Part shown: piece by piece, positions 1 to 12,800 of the stretch | Layout: every line of letters begins with the position of its first letter | Position numbering within the stretch: the stretch's first letter is position 1 | Assembly (NCBI GenBank): GCA_051362555.1 | Contig: CM120645.1 | Location: 16,120,001 to 16,184,000 of the forward strand | DNA from: Lingula anatina | Lineage: Eukaryota; Animalia; Brachiopoda | Direction: 5' to 3' | Length of the DNA stretch: 64,000 bases | Translations under genes and position numbers: made by a program | Notes under the pieces: generated by a model | The model's database searches: none | What the model was told of the DNA's origin: nothing | Seen by the model: only the letters and a program-made list of their open reading frames with translations

Positions 1-144
1 CACTTTTTTCAACATATACCTGTAGGCTGTATTTGAGTCGTATAAGAATCAAGTAGAAGTGGTTTATATGTGTTACTGGCAACCCACGCTCCATCAATGC
101 TCGGTTCACATGTACCTTTAATAAGTAATAATCCAAATAGCAAA
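1..144 (+). repeat. Conserved terminal box of a satellite-bearing dispersed element; nearly identical to 1276-1419 and present inverted at 56034-56115
   Basis: Direct match cacttttttcaacatatacctgtagg...ccaaatagcaaa at 1-144 and 1276-1419. Confidence 0.85.
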
Positions 145-633
145 AATAATCAATTTACTGTCCTTTTTAAATGATCAACTAAAAAAATTGTTGACATAAG
201 AAAAATATCAATGGAACAATTTAAAATGTTCAATTTGCTCCATTCTGAGAGATTCTGAACATAGTGAATGATTGAATCTGACAAAATGTAAAGATATGAG
301 TTTTTTTCCCATTTTTGACACTTTATTACACAATACACAATAACAGGTTTACTATCATTTTTAAATAATCAACTAACAATATTGTAAAGATGCAGAAAAT
401 GTCAAAAGAACAACTTTACATATCTAATTACTTCAAAAATGACTGTTAACATGCCTGAGAATTTAATTTGAGGAAAAACACTTCTATACAAAAAAAAAAA
501 AAAAGGTATCACCAAAACTTAACTGATCAAGCTTATTTTCAAAACTGAATCTGTATTTCAGTAACATAGATCACTCCTGTGAATTTCAAGACAAATTGGC
601 CAATCGATTTTCCTTAAAATGTGTTATACAGGT

Positions 634-1419
634 ATATGCAACACCGTAAACACGATAAGTGAATAACGTTCTACCTTTTGGCTTGAAACTTACAGAATGA
701 TGAATATTCATAATACGCAGGTCAAGTTCGAAAATCAGCATGATTGGGCCATTTTAGGGAAGTTATGTTTTTTTTTCACTTTTTTCAGCATATATGCAAC
801 ACCGTAAACACGATAAGTGAAAAAACGTCTTACCTTTTGGCTTGAAACTTACAGAACTGATGAATATTCATAACACGTAGGTCAAGTTCGAAAGTCAGCA
901 TGATCGGGCCAATTTTATGGAAGTTATGCTTTTTTTCACTTTTTTCAGCATATACACTGTATGCAACACCGTAAACACGATAAGTAAAAATCGGTTTTAC
1001 ATTGTAGCTTGAAACTTACAGAATTTACAGAACTGACGAATATTCATAATACGCAGGTCAAGTTCGAAAATCAGCATAATCGGGCCATTTTTAGGGAAGT
1101 TATGCTGTTTTTTTCACTTTTTTCAGCATATATGCAACACCGTAAACACGAAAAGTAAAAATCCGTTTTACATTGTAGCTTGAAACTTACAGAACTGACG
1201 AATATTTATAATACGCAGGTCAAGTTCGAAAATCAGCATAATCGGGCCATTTTTATGGAAGTTATGCTGTTTTTTCACTTTTTTCAACATATACCTGTAG
1301 GCTGTATTTGAGTCGTATAAGAATCAAGTAGAAGTGGTTTATATGTGTTACTGGCAACCCACGCTCCATCGATGCTCGGTTCACATGTACCTTTAATATG
1401 TAATAATCCAAATAGCAAA
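634..1419 (+). mobile_element. Array of ~4 x 160-170 bp tandem monomers followed by a conserved box (Helentron-associated HINE-like structure)
   Basis: Monomer atatgcaacaccgtaaacacg...gcttgaaacttacagaa...ggtcaagttcgaaaatcagca starts at ~634, 792, 960 and 1130; the array runs into the box that is also at 1-144. The HINE assignment is inference. Confidence 0.65.
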
Positions 1420-1869
1420 TAACATTTTCACGGCGTATCAGATGGTTACATGCTGGTAATGGTATAGAAGAACATTATAGTAGCGTTATGGGCGTTTTTA
1501 ACTCCATGCAAAATAGTAACGTTATAATTTTTAGAAAGATTCGAAGACCGTTTCTATAAAATTTTATGATAACGTTATTTTGTGGAGTTTTATCAGCGTT
1601 TTTATAACATTCTGGAAAAATTTATATAATGTTTTGAAAACCTTTTTTCATAAATAACCAAAACACGTCTCATGCTGTTTGAACTACAGTTAGCTGTTAA
1701 TTCCAAAATGGTCTTGGGTTTGTCAGCGACTAGAGCGGTGCGAATTGTAGAATATTCGGACTATCGGTATCGAAATAACCAGCATGTGATGAAAGGGTAA
1801 ATTAACTATTATAATGAATACCCCACCATCATCCTGATGTTCTATTGTTAATTACTTCCGGAAAAAATA

Positions 1870-4800
1870 AATAGAGATCAATACCAAATTATCAAAATAT
1901 GTTACGGAGGGTGAAGTGTTTATAACGGGTGACCTGAATGCACAGACTAGTAATGTTGATGATTTTATAAATAACGACTGTTTAGATAAAACGATCCGGG
2001 ACACTTTAATGCCTGTAATGACTTACACGATGGATAACATGTTATGTGAGAGGAAAAATGCAGACAATGTGGTTAACCTATTCGGGCGTAAATTATTCTC
2101 CTTCTGTAAGACAGTGGGTATAAGAATAGTAACCGGAAGTTTTACTTTTTGTAACTCAAACGGGCTAAGCACAATAGACTATTTGCTATCTGAATCTAAA
2201 TCATTTACGAATATTGTGAAGTTTTCATCGGGCACATTCAACACTTTTTCTGATCATGCACCAATCACGTTTGTCCTGCTTAGTGGGCCGTTAAAACAAA
2301 ACGCGCTTTTAGATTATGATGAACGTAAGACAGGCATGGAATTTAGAACTAGCGTTTAGGTTAGATGGATAGAAAATAACGCTAAATCGATAAATGATGC
2401 ATCAAATAGACAGTCTGTGTAATACAATGGATGCTCAGATAAATGAGCCCGTAGAACTAAACAACCGGGTAGATGAATTTAGTAGCATGTTAAGAGATAC
2501 TGTCTTGCCTTTTTGCAAAGTAACAAGTTAGATAATCATACCTCCAAAAAGCAGTATGAGGAGAAAATTGGATAAACCATGGTTCGATGAAAATTGTAAA
2601 GAAAAGCTTAAATACTATAAGACCGCTCCACTGTACATGAATTCAATATGGAAAAAAACACGAGATAAGCATAAATCCTGTTAGACAAAAAATTCAGTTT
2701 AAAAGAATATTTGTAAACAGCTAAAACGAAAATATAGTCGATATATATATACCAGAAAACACAACCCGCGTGTTTTTTACAAACAGTTCTCACGCAAAAA
2801 AGAGTGTAAACGTTAATTCGAAGCTCACTATCGATACACTCTATGATTATTTTAAGAACACGACGACTGGTGGAATAGATTGTGACATATGTATATACGT
2901 AGACCTCAATGTAGGCTTATACACCGAGACAATGTGCAATGAATTAGATAGTTCCGTGAGAGACGGTGAGATCATTGGCGCAATTAAAAAATTAAAAGCT
3001 AACAAGAGCTGTGCCGAGGACTGTATGATAAATGAAATTTTTATACACTGTAAAAATGTTTTACTACCGGCGTTAAGAACTTTGTTTAATTCTGTACTAG
3101 ATTCGGGGTACTTTCCAGAGAATTGGTGTAAGGGTTGTATTACACCTTTACATAAAAAGAGAAATGTTGACAACCCTTGTAATTATAGGGGAATTACGAT
3201 AACTAGTTGTTAAGGCAAGCTGTTTACTTCCATACTTAATAAAAGGCTATAGCTAGAAGCTTGGGATAAGGACAATAGTGTTACAACCGATGCACAATTT
3301 GGATTTAAAGCGGGGCATAGTGCTGTAGATGCTATCTGTGTGCTACAGCACGTGATAAATCAATCGTACTTTAAGGTTTATTGTGCGTTTGTGGATTATA
3401 AATCCGCTTTCGATTCCATCGATAGGCCAAGTTTATGGAAGAAATTAAATAAACTCGGTGTTCAAGGCAAACTGCTCCGAATTGTAAAAAGTCTTTACAG
3501 CAGTGTAAAGGCTTGTGTTAAGTATAAAGGTCAGCTATCTGAATATTTCCAAAAACACGCAGGTCTATTACAAGGAGAGGCAATGTCCCCGCTACTTTAC
3601 TCTTTGTATGTAAATGATTTTGAAACTTTTTACTTATCGGAAAATAGTGACAGGGACATAAATCTTTTCTAACTTTTGTATGCTGATGACACGGTACTTT
3701 TATCGGAAACCCCTCAAGGACTACAAAAACTTTTAGATACCCTGAAATTATACTCACAAAAGTGGAAGTTAACGGTAAATACAGCAAAAAACAAAAACAA
3801 TGATCTTTAGAAGTGGGGGTAACTTAAGGGCTGAAGAGACATGGATATACAACGGCGTTGTCTTCGAAAGAGTGAATCAGTTTAGTTACCTCGGTTTACC
3901 TACAAATTTTAATGGTAAGTTTTGTCAAACTCAAAAACATATAGCAGAACAGGGTAAAAAAGCATCATTTGCTATTAGCAGCATGTTAAAACAAACCATC
4001 ACTTTAATTAATGTGTCCACCAGGTGTGCAGTATTTGATACGTACGTTGGTAGTATTTTAAATTATGCATCAGAAATATGGGGATTCAATTAGGCAAAGG
4101 ATATCAGAATAGTACATACGGATTTTTTTAAAGAATGCTGGGTGTTAAAAGAAGCACTAGTAATAACTTCGTATATTATGAAACCGGGAGATACAGTGCC
4201 GCCGGAAATTCCCCTTACTAACCTGCGGGTTGCTGCGGGTTGTTCAGACGGCCTGGCTCGGTAACTATGAAAATAACATTGTCATCCAATGCGCTGTTTG
4301 GTTTCTGTTAACAATAGTACCATGCCCTGCCCCGTCGGGTAATTATCGTGACAAACTTTCTGCTAACAAAAGAGCCTACAAGGTAACCCTAGCTTGCTGA
4401 GATAAAGATCGAAGCTGAGTGTGGTCGCAATTAAGTGTGCGTCCAAGCGTTATTTGACCTTTAATGCGCGGTGGCTTCACTCTACTTTGATCACACTACT
4501 CTGATACGGAGATTTTAAGTATGAGAACTTGCCAACAATGATTTTTAAAAGTCACTTTACCACTTATTTTAGGTAGAAAACTAAGAATTTTTTAATATTG
4601 GCTGAAAATCCGCTCTTCAAAAAAACTGTATTATACAAACGCGCTATAAAGATATCCTTAACAATAATTTCTAGTGGATAAATTGTATACGGAATGACCT
4701 TGAATTAATGGGTCTGTCATTTCCTTTTTATGAAAACATGCCGGATGTTTGTATACTGTCCTTGATAGAACAAAGATTGAAAGATTGATATTCACAGCGA

Positions 4801-5235
4801 TTAAAGGGCTTCTGTATCAACACCTTGTTGATAATTTCACAATGCAATTTTACTTGAATAAGCCAATTTCACAGAAAAATAAGGAATTTATCGCAAAATT
4901 TATCGCAAAATTTAGGCTTTCATCACATAATCTAGCTGGCCGGTACACTGACACAAATAAGAAGTTAAGAATCTGTAAGTTATGCACTTTAAACGATGTA
5001 GAGGATGGATTTCACTTTATACCTAAATGCCCTCACTACAGTACGATTAGACAGAAATATATTAAGAAATTTTATTATACAAAGCCAAGTGTCAACAAAT
5101 TAATTAAATTACTATCACTTAACAATGTGTCACAATTAAACAACTTAGAAAAATACCTGAAATATGCATTGGAACTAAGATTAATGTCATCCGATTCATC
5201 GGTTGAATTATTATTATCATTATTATTATTATTTG
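1870..5235 (+). mobile_element. Degraded non-LTR retrotransposon ORF2 (APE endonuclease + RT + C-terminal Zn knuckle), RTE-X-like
   Basis: ITGDLNA, IDY and SDH endonuclease motifs; NYRGITITSC, FVDYKSAFDSI, GLLQGEAMSPLLYSL and LLYADD (3672-3690) RT motifs; FRLSSH...GRY...CKLC...EDGFHF..KCPHY; many stops and frameshifts; (TTA)n at 5207-5232. Confidence 0.9.
4194..4557. mobile_element. Small TA-flanked insertion interrupting the LINE (Tc1/mariner-like non-autonomous element)
   Basis: LINE coding ...VYYETGRY stops at 4193 and resumes PLILGRKLRIF at ~4560; the insert reads TA|CAGTG...CACTT|TA. Confidence 0.55.
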
Positions 5236-7859
5236 TATCATTAGTAGTTGTTGTAGTAATGGTAGTTGAGTAGATATAACTTTATATTGTCACTGTATTA
5301 TATTCTGATACGCCGCAGGGCTCAAAGGTTTAATAAATTGAAAAAATTACTTGTATATATGCAACAGAGGTAACTATCCAGTCTGTTGGAATTTTTTCCG
5401 ACCAGTGAATTTTAAGTCGCACCAGTAAATGTTAAGAAATTGCTGATCCAAATGGCCAGAAAGCTGAAAAGTTTACGTCACTGGACTGTGACACTATTTC
5501 ACAATTTCACAATTTACCTGATGTAGACAGTCTTTTGTGCTGCTGTTATTATCGGACTTACCTTTATAAATAAAACAAGAAAATGACATGCTTTTCAAAT
5601 GTCTGACATGATCAGAAAATGTCTGACATAGAGACAATTTATGTCAGACGTGAAGCCAGCCTGATGCTATGAGCTCAATATCTTTTCATTTGGATAAAAT
5701 CCACTTTTTGGTACTTAAAATGACCACTCACTCTTGGGAAAATGGACAGGTTTTCATTAAATTTATACAAATGAAACATTTGATTAAACACTCTTTTACA
5801 AGATATTTTCATAAATTTATGTTAATATATCTCATTTCTATTGTATTAAAATTTAAAATTAAAATGCTTTACCTTTATAAATTAATGCAATAGTATTGAA
5901 AATATCATCAGATTAATACAACTATATTTAAACTACGGCTAGCGCGTAGAACAAAACACGTTCTGTATTCCACATGCAATCACGTCAGGTACGAGTGCGT
6001 TACTCACTAGATGATAAGGGCCAACCCTCTACCAGGGCGAGTGATAGATTTTTTACAGATATTCACAGATATGTCTCTAGCTAGATAGATGGTCATTTAG
6101 GGCTGAACTCACCCTTTTGAGGTATCCCATGTGGAAACAATTATCTCTGCGCGCGCGCCAAAGGCTTTGTACTTGCTCTGCATGAGCTGAGGTTCACAAC
6201 GATGTGATAACTGCTCGTTACGCAACCAGTCTAAGGCTCTTTTATCTGTCACCGTAGAGCAAATGATTGAAGTCAGAGTAATTAACTGTCTTGATTGCTG
6301 TCACGCAGACTTAGACTGGACCAGCATCGCCGACCTCAGTTTCTGGGGGAGAATCATTGCTTTTTCTTCGGACAAATGATGTTGCCCAACAGACCGCGTG
6401 GTAATCTAGATGTATACTTATACCACGTGATCGTAATGCACTGACACATGCCTTTTGAAGTTCTGCAGCAGAATGGCGAATAATGTAGCACGTCGAAATT
6501 GAATAATTGTTTAAGCCCCCAGCCTATTTGCTCCCTTTTGTAAAGTGAGGGTCTCAACAAAACGCATAACAACAACAAACCCACCAGGGGGTGTTAGTGA
6601 ACTAGTAGGCTATATCTTCACCCTCAGCAGAACTAGTATAGGCCTATCTGCGATTTATGTCAGTCACATGTATGCTAAGATTCACAAATACAAGTGTATA
6701 TGCTTGTTGGGTCCCAGATATATGATATGACGCCATATAACTCCTCTTTTCAATGCACAGCGCTTGTCGTATAATCGACTGACCTCGACTGCATTGCCAT
6801 AGTGATAACCAAGGTGACAAAGAGACTGCCTCGGCTGTTACCTTGATGGGTCAATGGATCTGAACACAACACAGAGCCTCTTTAGAAATTAATGCCTTCA
6901 CGTCCCTATTTGACAATTTTTATATCTACGCTGCTAGGGCAGCCATTACATATCAGAATCATTTAATAGGAGTGCTAACGCAGGGATTTCGTGCTAAATT
7001 TTAGAATACCACCTCATTGTACACTTTTGAAAATAAACTAGGTACATGTACATGTATAGTTCTATTTCAAGACGGATTTCTTAAAATCGACCTATGTGCA
7101 TTGTTCATTCATAGAAGGTTGTGCAACAAAAACTCTGACTTAGCACGTTAAAAATTTAAAATAAAAGGGTCTAGAAACAGCCACCAAATCATTCTCAAAC
7201 CAAGGTCAGTAAAGGTGCCCATTCAACCCTAGGCAATATTGTGCCGTTAGTCGTTTATTTTAATATAAATAATTTAATAATTAAGATTTGACAAAGATTT
7301 TTTGCTTATGTTTTTACATGGCATGCCCAAGTTCAGATCCCTACTTACGCGTCCCACGTTTGGTAGACGACCTTCGATTAACAGCTACTTCATCAAGACT
7401 GGTGATTACAATAAAAAATATTTGCTGTGCTCCAAAGTATAATAACATAAAACTGTTATTGGGCATAAAAATCGATTACTTATCAACAATCTAAAACAGG
7501 TATTTACAATGAAATAACAATTACAAGGTGGGCGAAATTACCCAACCCACACATCAGGAAACATACGACTTTGTAGTGGCAAACTGTAATAAGCATCGAA
7601 TTGATTAATGAATAAAACTGACCGTTTTTATCTTCAATTACATGTACAAAACTGAATTGAACAATTGATATCAGTTTTTAGGGTCGCGTTCACAATGAAA
7701 CTATCGTGCTAGGTAGCTCGAACCAACTCAACAGGGATTTTTGCTAAATGCCTTTAGGTTTACAGATTAACACACATCCTCTCGTTTCCAGCGTGCTCGT
7801 TCAACTTCCCATGCCTTAGTCAAATTGACACATAAATTACTACAGGAGGACTTGAATCA

Positions 7860-8160
7860 TCCCCCACAACAAAGTTTTATGCTGAGGTGTTATTCTTGAA
7901 TTTTACTAAGGCTTTCAAAAGGATTGATCACAATATGTAAATGAAAAAAAAATAGAAATTCAAGTGATACCAGACTTTCTAAGACGTTGGATTTATTCCT
8001 CAATTTCTTTGCGAGTAAAATGCAGTAGCTTTAAATCTGATAGGTCGGAGGAGTGCTTCAGGGTACTAAATTAGGCCTAACTCTATTCCTTGCAATGATC
8101 AATGACCTGAAAAACTTGTTGTCCAGATGTTGATGATACTTCCATTTACGAAATTTGCAA
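7860..8160 (+). mobile_element. Highly degraded LINE reverse transcriptase fragment (CR1/L2-type)
   Basis: Translates LFLNFTKAFKRIDHN and GVLQGTKLGLTLFLAMINDL (RT motifs A and B'). Confidence 0.7.
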
Positions 8161-8487
8161 ATTCGGCGAAACACCACATCTGTTGTTTTTTAATTTAAAG
8201 TTTATTGTCGATTTTCTTTTAAACATACTTTTTACAACTTCAACCGTAGGTTTCCAATTTTACCTAATAAACTATTATTATTATGATTATTATTAGTATT
8301 ATTATAATCACCATAATCACCAGCATTTTTGTATTACTCTCAAGGCCCGGAATCTTTTAAGCTAATTTTTGCACAGATAATAGTACATTTTCTCTTTTAA
8401 AAAAACGAGGACCCATTCACATCTTTATCATTTTTAGGTAAATAACTGAAAACACAAAATACTTGGAAATACGAGGCCGTAGCAGCA

Positions 8488-8670
8488 ATGGCAAACATAA
8501 GTGACATAACTCTAGACACCATCGAGTCTTTGAATGACTCCGTGGAGGCCTTTGATATTTGCGATCGTTTTGAGATATACTCTGACGACATTGAAGATCT
8601 ACAGGATCTAAAAGAAAGGCTTCGCTTACATTTCGAGGCAGAACACTCTTAAGTTCCCAGATTGGAAAAG
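8488..8670 (+). CDS. Copy 1 first coding exon (MANISDITLDTIESL...KERLRLHFEAEHS*VPRLEK), premature TAA
   Basis: Homologous to 32611-32778; acceptor ends at 8437 with an upstream in-frame stop; donor AAG|GTATAG. Confidence 0.8.
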
Positions 8671-8756
8671 GTATAGTCTGTGTCTTTCTTTTATTCAAAT
8701 ATACTCACGTTTACTTTTGTTTTGTACACATAGAGGCCATTCAGAATACATGTAGA

Positions 8757-9012
8757 AGACCCGAGGATCTTCTGATCCACGGATCAAATATGGCGGACTC
8801 TACTTGAAATAAGACCCGACTAATCCGCTTATGGTTTCTCCGTCTCCACACGCTCTGCCATTGCAGGGGTCCAGCAATTAAACATTGTGCTCGCGATTTA
8901 ATCAGTTTAAAGGCGCGTGTGGAGGCGGGGAGCCCATCTGCGGATTTGTCGGGTCTTCTTTCATGCAGGGTCCTCCATATTTGATACGTGGAACTGTTGA
9001 TCCTCGTTTTCC
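8757..9012. mobile_element. Palindromic MITE-like element in intron 1
   Basis: Imperfect ~90 bp inverted arms (ccacggatcaaatatggcggac...aagacccgac / gtcgggtctt...gtcctccatatttgatacgtgg); relative at 49018-49222. Confidence 0.7.
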
Positions 9013-9098
9013 TTATACCAGTTGGTTACATTGAATATATTGTTGGACGCCAGGGTGCAAAAGTCACTGTGTATGTTTATATAAATATATAATTTTAG

Positions 9099-9315
9099 GA
9101 TGCTGATGTTTTCGCTGAGCTACGAGAGAATGATACGCAAAGACGAAATGCACTTCAGTCGATCTTTAAAACCATTAAGGAGTCCCTACCATTACTTGAC
9201 TTGAGCATCTTAAAGAGACTGGAAGCTGAGAATGTTGTATCTGAGAGCGCAGACACAAACGTGCGTAAAAGGATCACCATGCTCGAAACTGGTAACTGCC
9301 CAATACTTGTAGCAG
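9099..9315 (+). CDS. Copy 1 exon 2 (DADVFAELRE...RITMLETGNCPILVAG), helix leading into the P-loop strand
   Basis: ttttag| acceptor, G|GTAGG phase-1 donor; homologous to 49563-49782. Confidence 0.9.
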
Positions 9316-9875
9316 GTAGGAGTTGTTAATCAAACAAATCATTGTTTATAATCAAATTATTGGGCAGTTAATACTCTTCCTCTGCTAATATGTCATTAAA
9401 ATTATATATACAACTGAGCTCAGAATAAATTAGATGTTACCAAAAGTAACAGCCTTTTTATAACTTAACTGGTAGAAATACTTTTTTTACGTATAACACA
9501 TGTTTGCTCACTGTGTTATCGTCAGCCAGTAGTTGAGTTACCCAGGGGTGTTATCCCCAGAGATGTCGGCTCTAATACCTTATAATTATTGCTGTTAACA
9601 AGTGAGTAACGGACAGATAACAACCTGGAGCGTTTTTCTGAGCTCAACTGTATTATTACAGTGCAGTTGTAAAAAGGAACACAATCACAATATCCGATGA
9701 TTATGCAAGCACGCATACGCACATTTCATAATAAATACATGTATTTTATCCATATGATGTTTCTAGATTGGGTCATTAATTTTTAATTTTTTTCAATCAA
9801 TTCTATTCGCATTATTTCGCATTATTTCGCATTATCGGTTCATTCATTTATGTATCAAACATTGCTTTTTACATA

Positions 9876-12800
9876 CAGTCATAAGATTATGTATGTGTGC
9901 ATTTATTCCATCTAACGTAAGAAGATTAGATACAATTATAACGTCAGAAAATACAATAGAGGGAGTGTGATAATGATAGGGTCGCTAAACGAATTTGACG
10001 GAATATAGTGACTAGCCTAACCCTCTTGTCGCCTGGTTAGGCACGCCCCCTTAGAGTACTTATGTAAACAAAAGGTCTTCCATAGAGAACTATCCTTTTG
10101 TTCAACAGCTTCGCGCGTGCAGCGGATTATGTATATAGTGACGGTATACAGCTAACTGCAGTTAAATCTGTGAAAGCTGTTATTTTATTCTGCTGTGTCG
10201 GACGTTGTGGGCCAGCCCAATGGTTCATTCACTCATTCTTTTCTGAAGATTGGTGATGCATATTTTGAATGCTTAATTATTTGCCCTCCTTCTTACAAGA
10301 GAAAGGAAAATGGGAGAGAAACAGAGACAGTGTCAAATAAAAAGGGTAAAGTGTAATATAATACATTAATTAAAGGGACTCGCAGTGGGAGAAACGATAG
10401 ACTGTTTTGCATCAAGGTATGCAATTATAATCCCACATGGCCATCGCATATACGGCCGTAGTTTAAATACATTACTCATAGTTGTATTAAATTACATTAT
10501 TTTGCTGAATAGAAATACATTTTAAAGTTGCTCTTTCAGGAAATCGTTTTGTTTGAAATAACACAAACGACAGAGGTGAAATCACATATAAATTTATTTT
10601 GAATTAAAAGGTTTCGCTAGATCTTGTTTACACTCAGCGAAATGCACATAGTGATTATATTCAATGTGCCATCATTTAATTGCTTTCTCGGTTTAATTAA
10701 TTGACGATAATAATTGCAGTAAGCAGGAAGGAGGAAATGCTGAAGACAAAACAACGCCGTGGGTATGTGTGACTTTCTCCCTTAACATTTTCTATGATGC
10801 TGTCAAAGAAAAAGGAACCGAGATAGCGATCATTTAAACCGCTGCTGTTTACAGGTGGACTTCTTCGTTTATCATTTAAATGCCCCCTCCCCCAGCAGAC
10901 CCAACTTGAGGAATGCCACTGTAGCTACAGTACACTGTATATCAAACTCCGGTCCAAGTTATGAACTTTTTTAAATATCAATTACAATATGCTGTACAAT
11001 GACTGAGTCGTGAAAGGGGTATTGGACTTCTTTACGTTAAAAACAAATTCATTTCGAAAGTTAGGCAAAAACCAGTGTGAAGAACAACTCCCTTTTTAAG
11101 TGAGGCAAGACAACCTATTCAAACTGATTATAACCTTGATAAAGACACAAGGCAAAGGAGTTATGTAAACTAGCGTGTGAAAACACATTCTTTGTCACTG
11201 TTACAAGACAATGGAGGCTACCAAGTGGAGTAATTACAATATACCCTTGTACAGTCAAAGAGAAATTAGTTATGCCAGCTTACTTCGGGTCAGCCCTTAA
11301 TTTGCTTGTTCGAAAGAAAGAGATAGATGTCGCAACGCGAATCCTTTTATTAACCCTTCATGGGTTTGTGTAAAAGTGTGAAAGACAGGCAACGATCTCG
11401 AGTCGCTGTTGATATTGTTCGCAATTAATATTGGAGTATACCGCCTACATGTAAACATCAGACAAGGCGCTGAGATCGATAAAAGTGGAGGTTTATCTGA
11501 AAAATTAGATGCCATTTTTGTGAAATGACTTATTAAATGATGTGCATGTACCTAACATGTTTAAATTCTTGATTCTTATTATTTGAAACATCTTCATACA
11601 CGGCCTCATATTTATATTTCTCTCAGGCCATACTCATTTGCTTGTATAACATGGGACTCTAAAGCACAGGGCATCGTGAAAGTTAATTGGCTAGAGACTT
11701 GTTATCCTTCATGTATTTATAGCGTGGATGAACTAGAAACAGGCTTTACTTAGCTTTACTTAATTTGACTTGATGTTAACCTAACACTGGTTTTAAAAGA
11801 AGAAATATAAATATGTTCGATGGATTAAATCACCGACACCGTTTTATCTTAACTTGGACAAATACACAGTAACACAGATAATATTTATAAGTTGTCTGTC
11901 GTTCAGCACGCATTATAGGCGAGTAGCCAAACAGTGACGATGATCAATCCAAGTAAAATTTAGGCATGTATTGTTTACAAAATAGATCATGATGAATAAA
12001 CCTACGCTTTAATAAACAATCACCACACGGTTCTGTTTTTGTCACTTAAAAGCTTTCGTTTAAAGACGCTCAATGATATCAAAAATGATTCGACGCTGTA
12101 AAAATGGACCGGTTCAAGGGGCATTTTTTGTTTCAGCTAGGGGGATTTCAGGAAGAGGATTCAGTGTAGGTGTTTCCTCGGATGATAACAGCATCACACC
12201 CTAGGTCTAAGCCAGTTGACTAGAAGCTTTTTGTCCAACCATCCTATTCCTACTACTAAACTTATAACTCTAAACCACAAAGGTTTATTCGGTAAAAATA
12301 TTTAAACTAAATGAGGTGCATTGACAGAGGCACAAGTACAATCCAACGCCAACGTGCAACAGGGGAAAGTCTGTCAGTGTATTACATAATATATGAAAGT
12401 GCGGTCAATATTAACAGTGTAAGACATCAGTTAAAGAGGAGGGGGTCTTACTATCTTTTGTTAAACGCGACTGTTATTATCTCTCGAACAAGCTTAAACC
12501 ATGCCTTATACAATTACTGTGTCTCCGGCTGTCGTGCAGAAACGGCATGTCGAACATATTTGCTACAGTTACAAACAGGGCAAACTAGCGACTTGTTCTA
12601 GATCGCTCTAGTAAGAAAGCATAAGTGCAGCGCCCGGGCAAAACAATCAACTACCCCGTATAACATTCATATCTTAGCGTTTACATATGACGCGCAAAGA
12701 GCTAAGTACATATGACGCGCAATGAGCTAAGCAATTAGCCTTAACAAAGTGGTCCGTTTTAAAACAACAACGAGAAAAAAGAACGCCTTGTCATAGTTAT

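Noticed and set aside
634-1290. Repeat arrays (also 29040-29260, 43217-43790) as CRISPR-like
   Set aside because: Whole units repeat with no unique spacers; eukaryotic context; no cas genes
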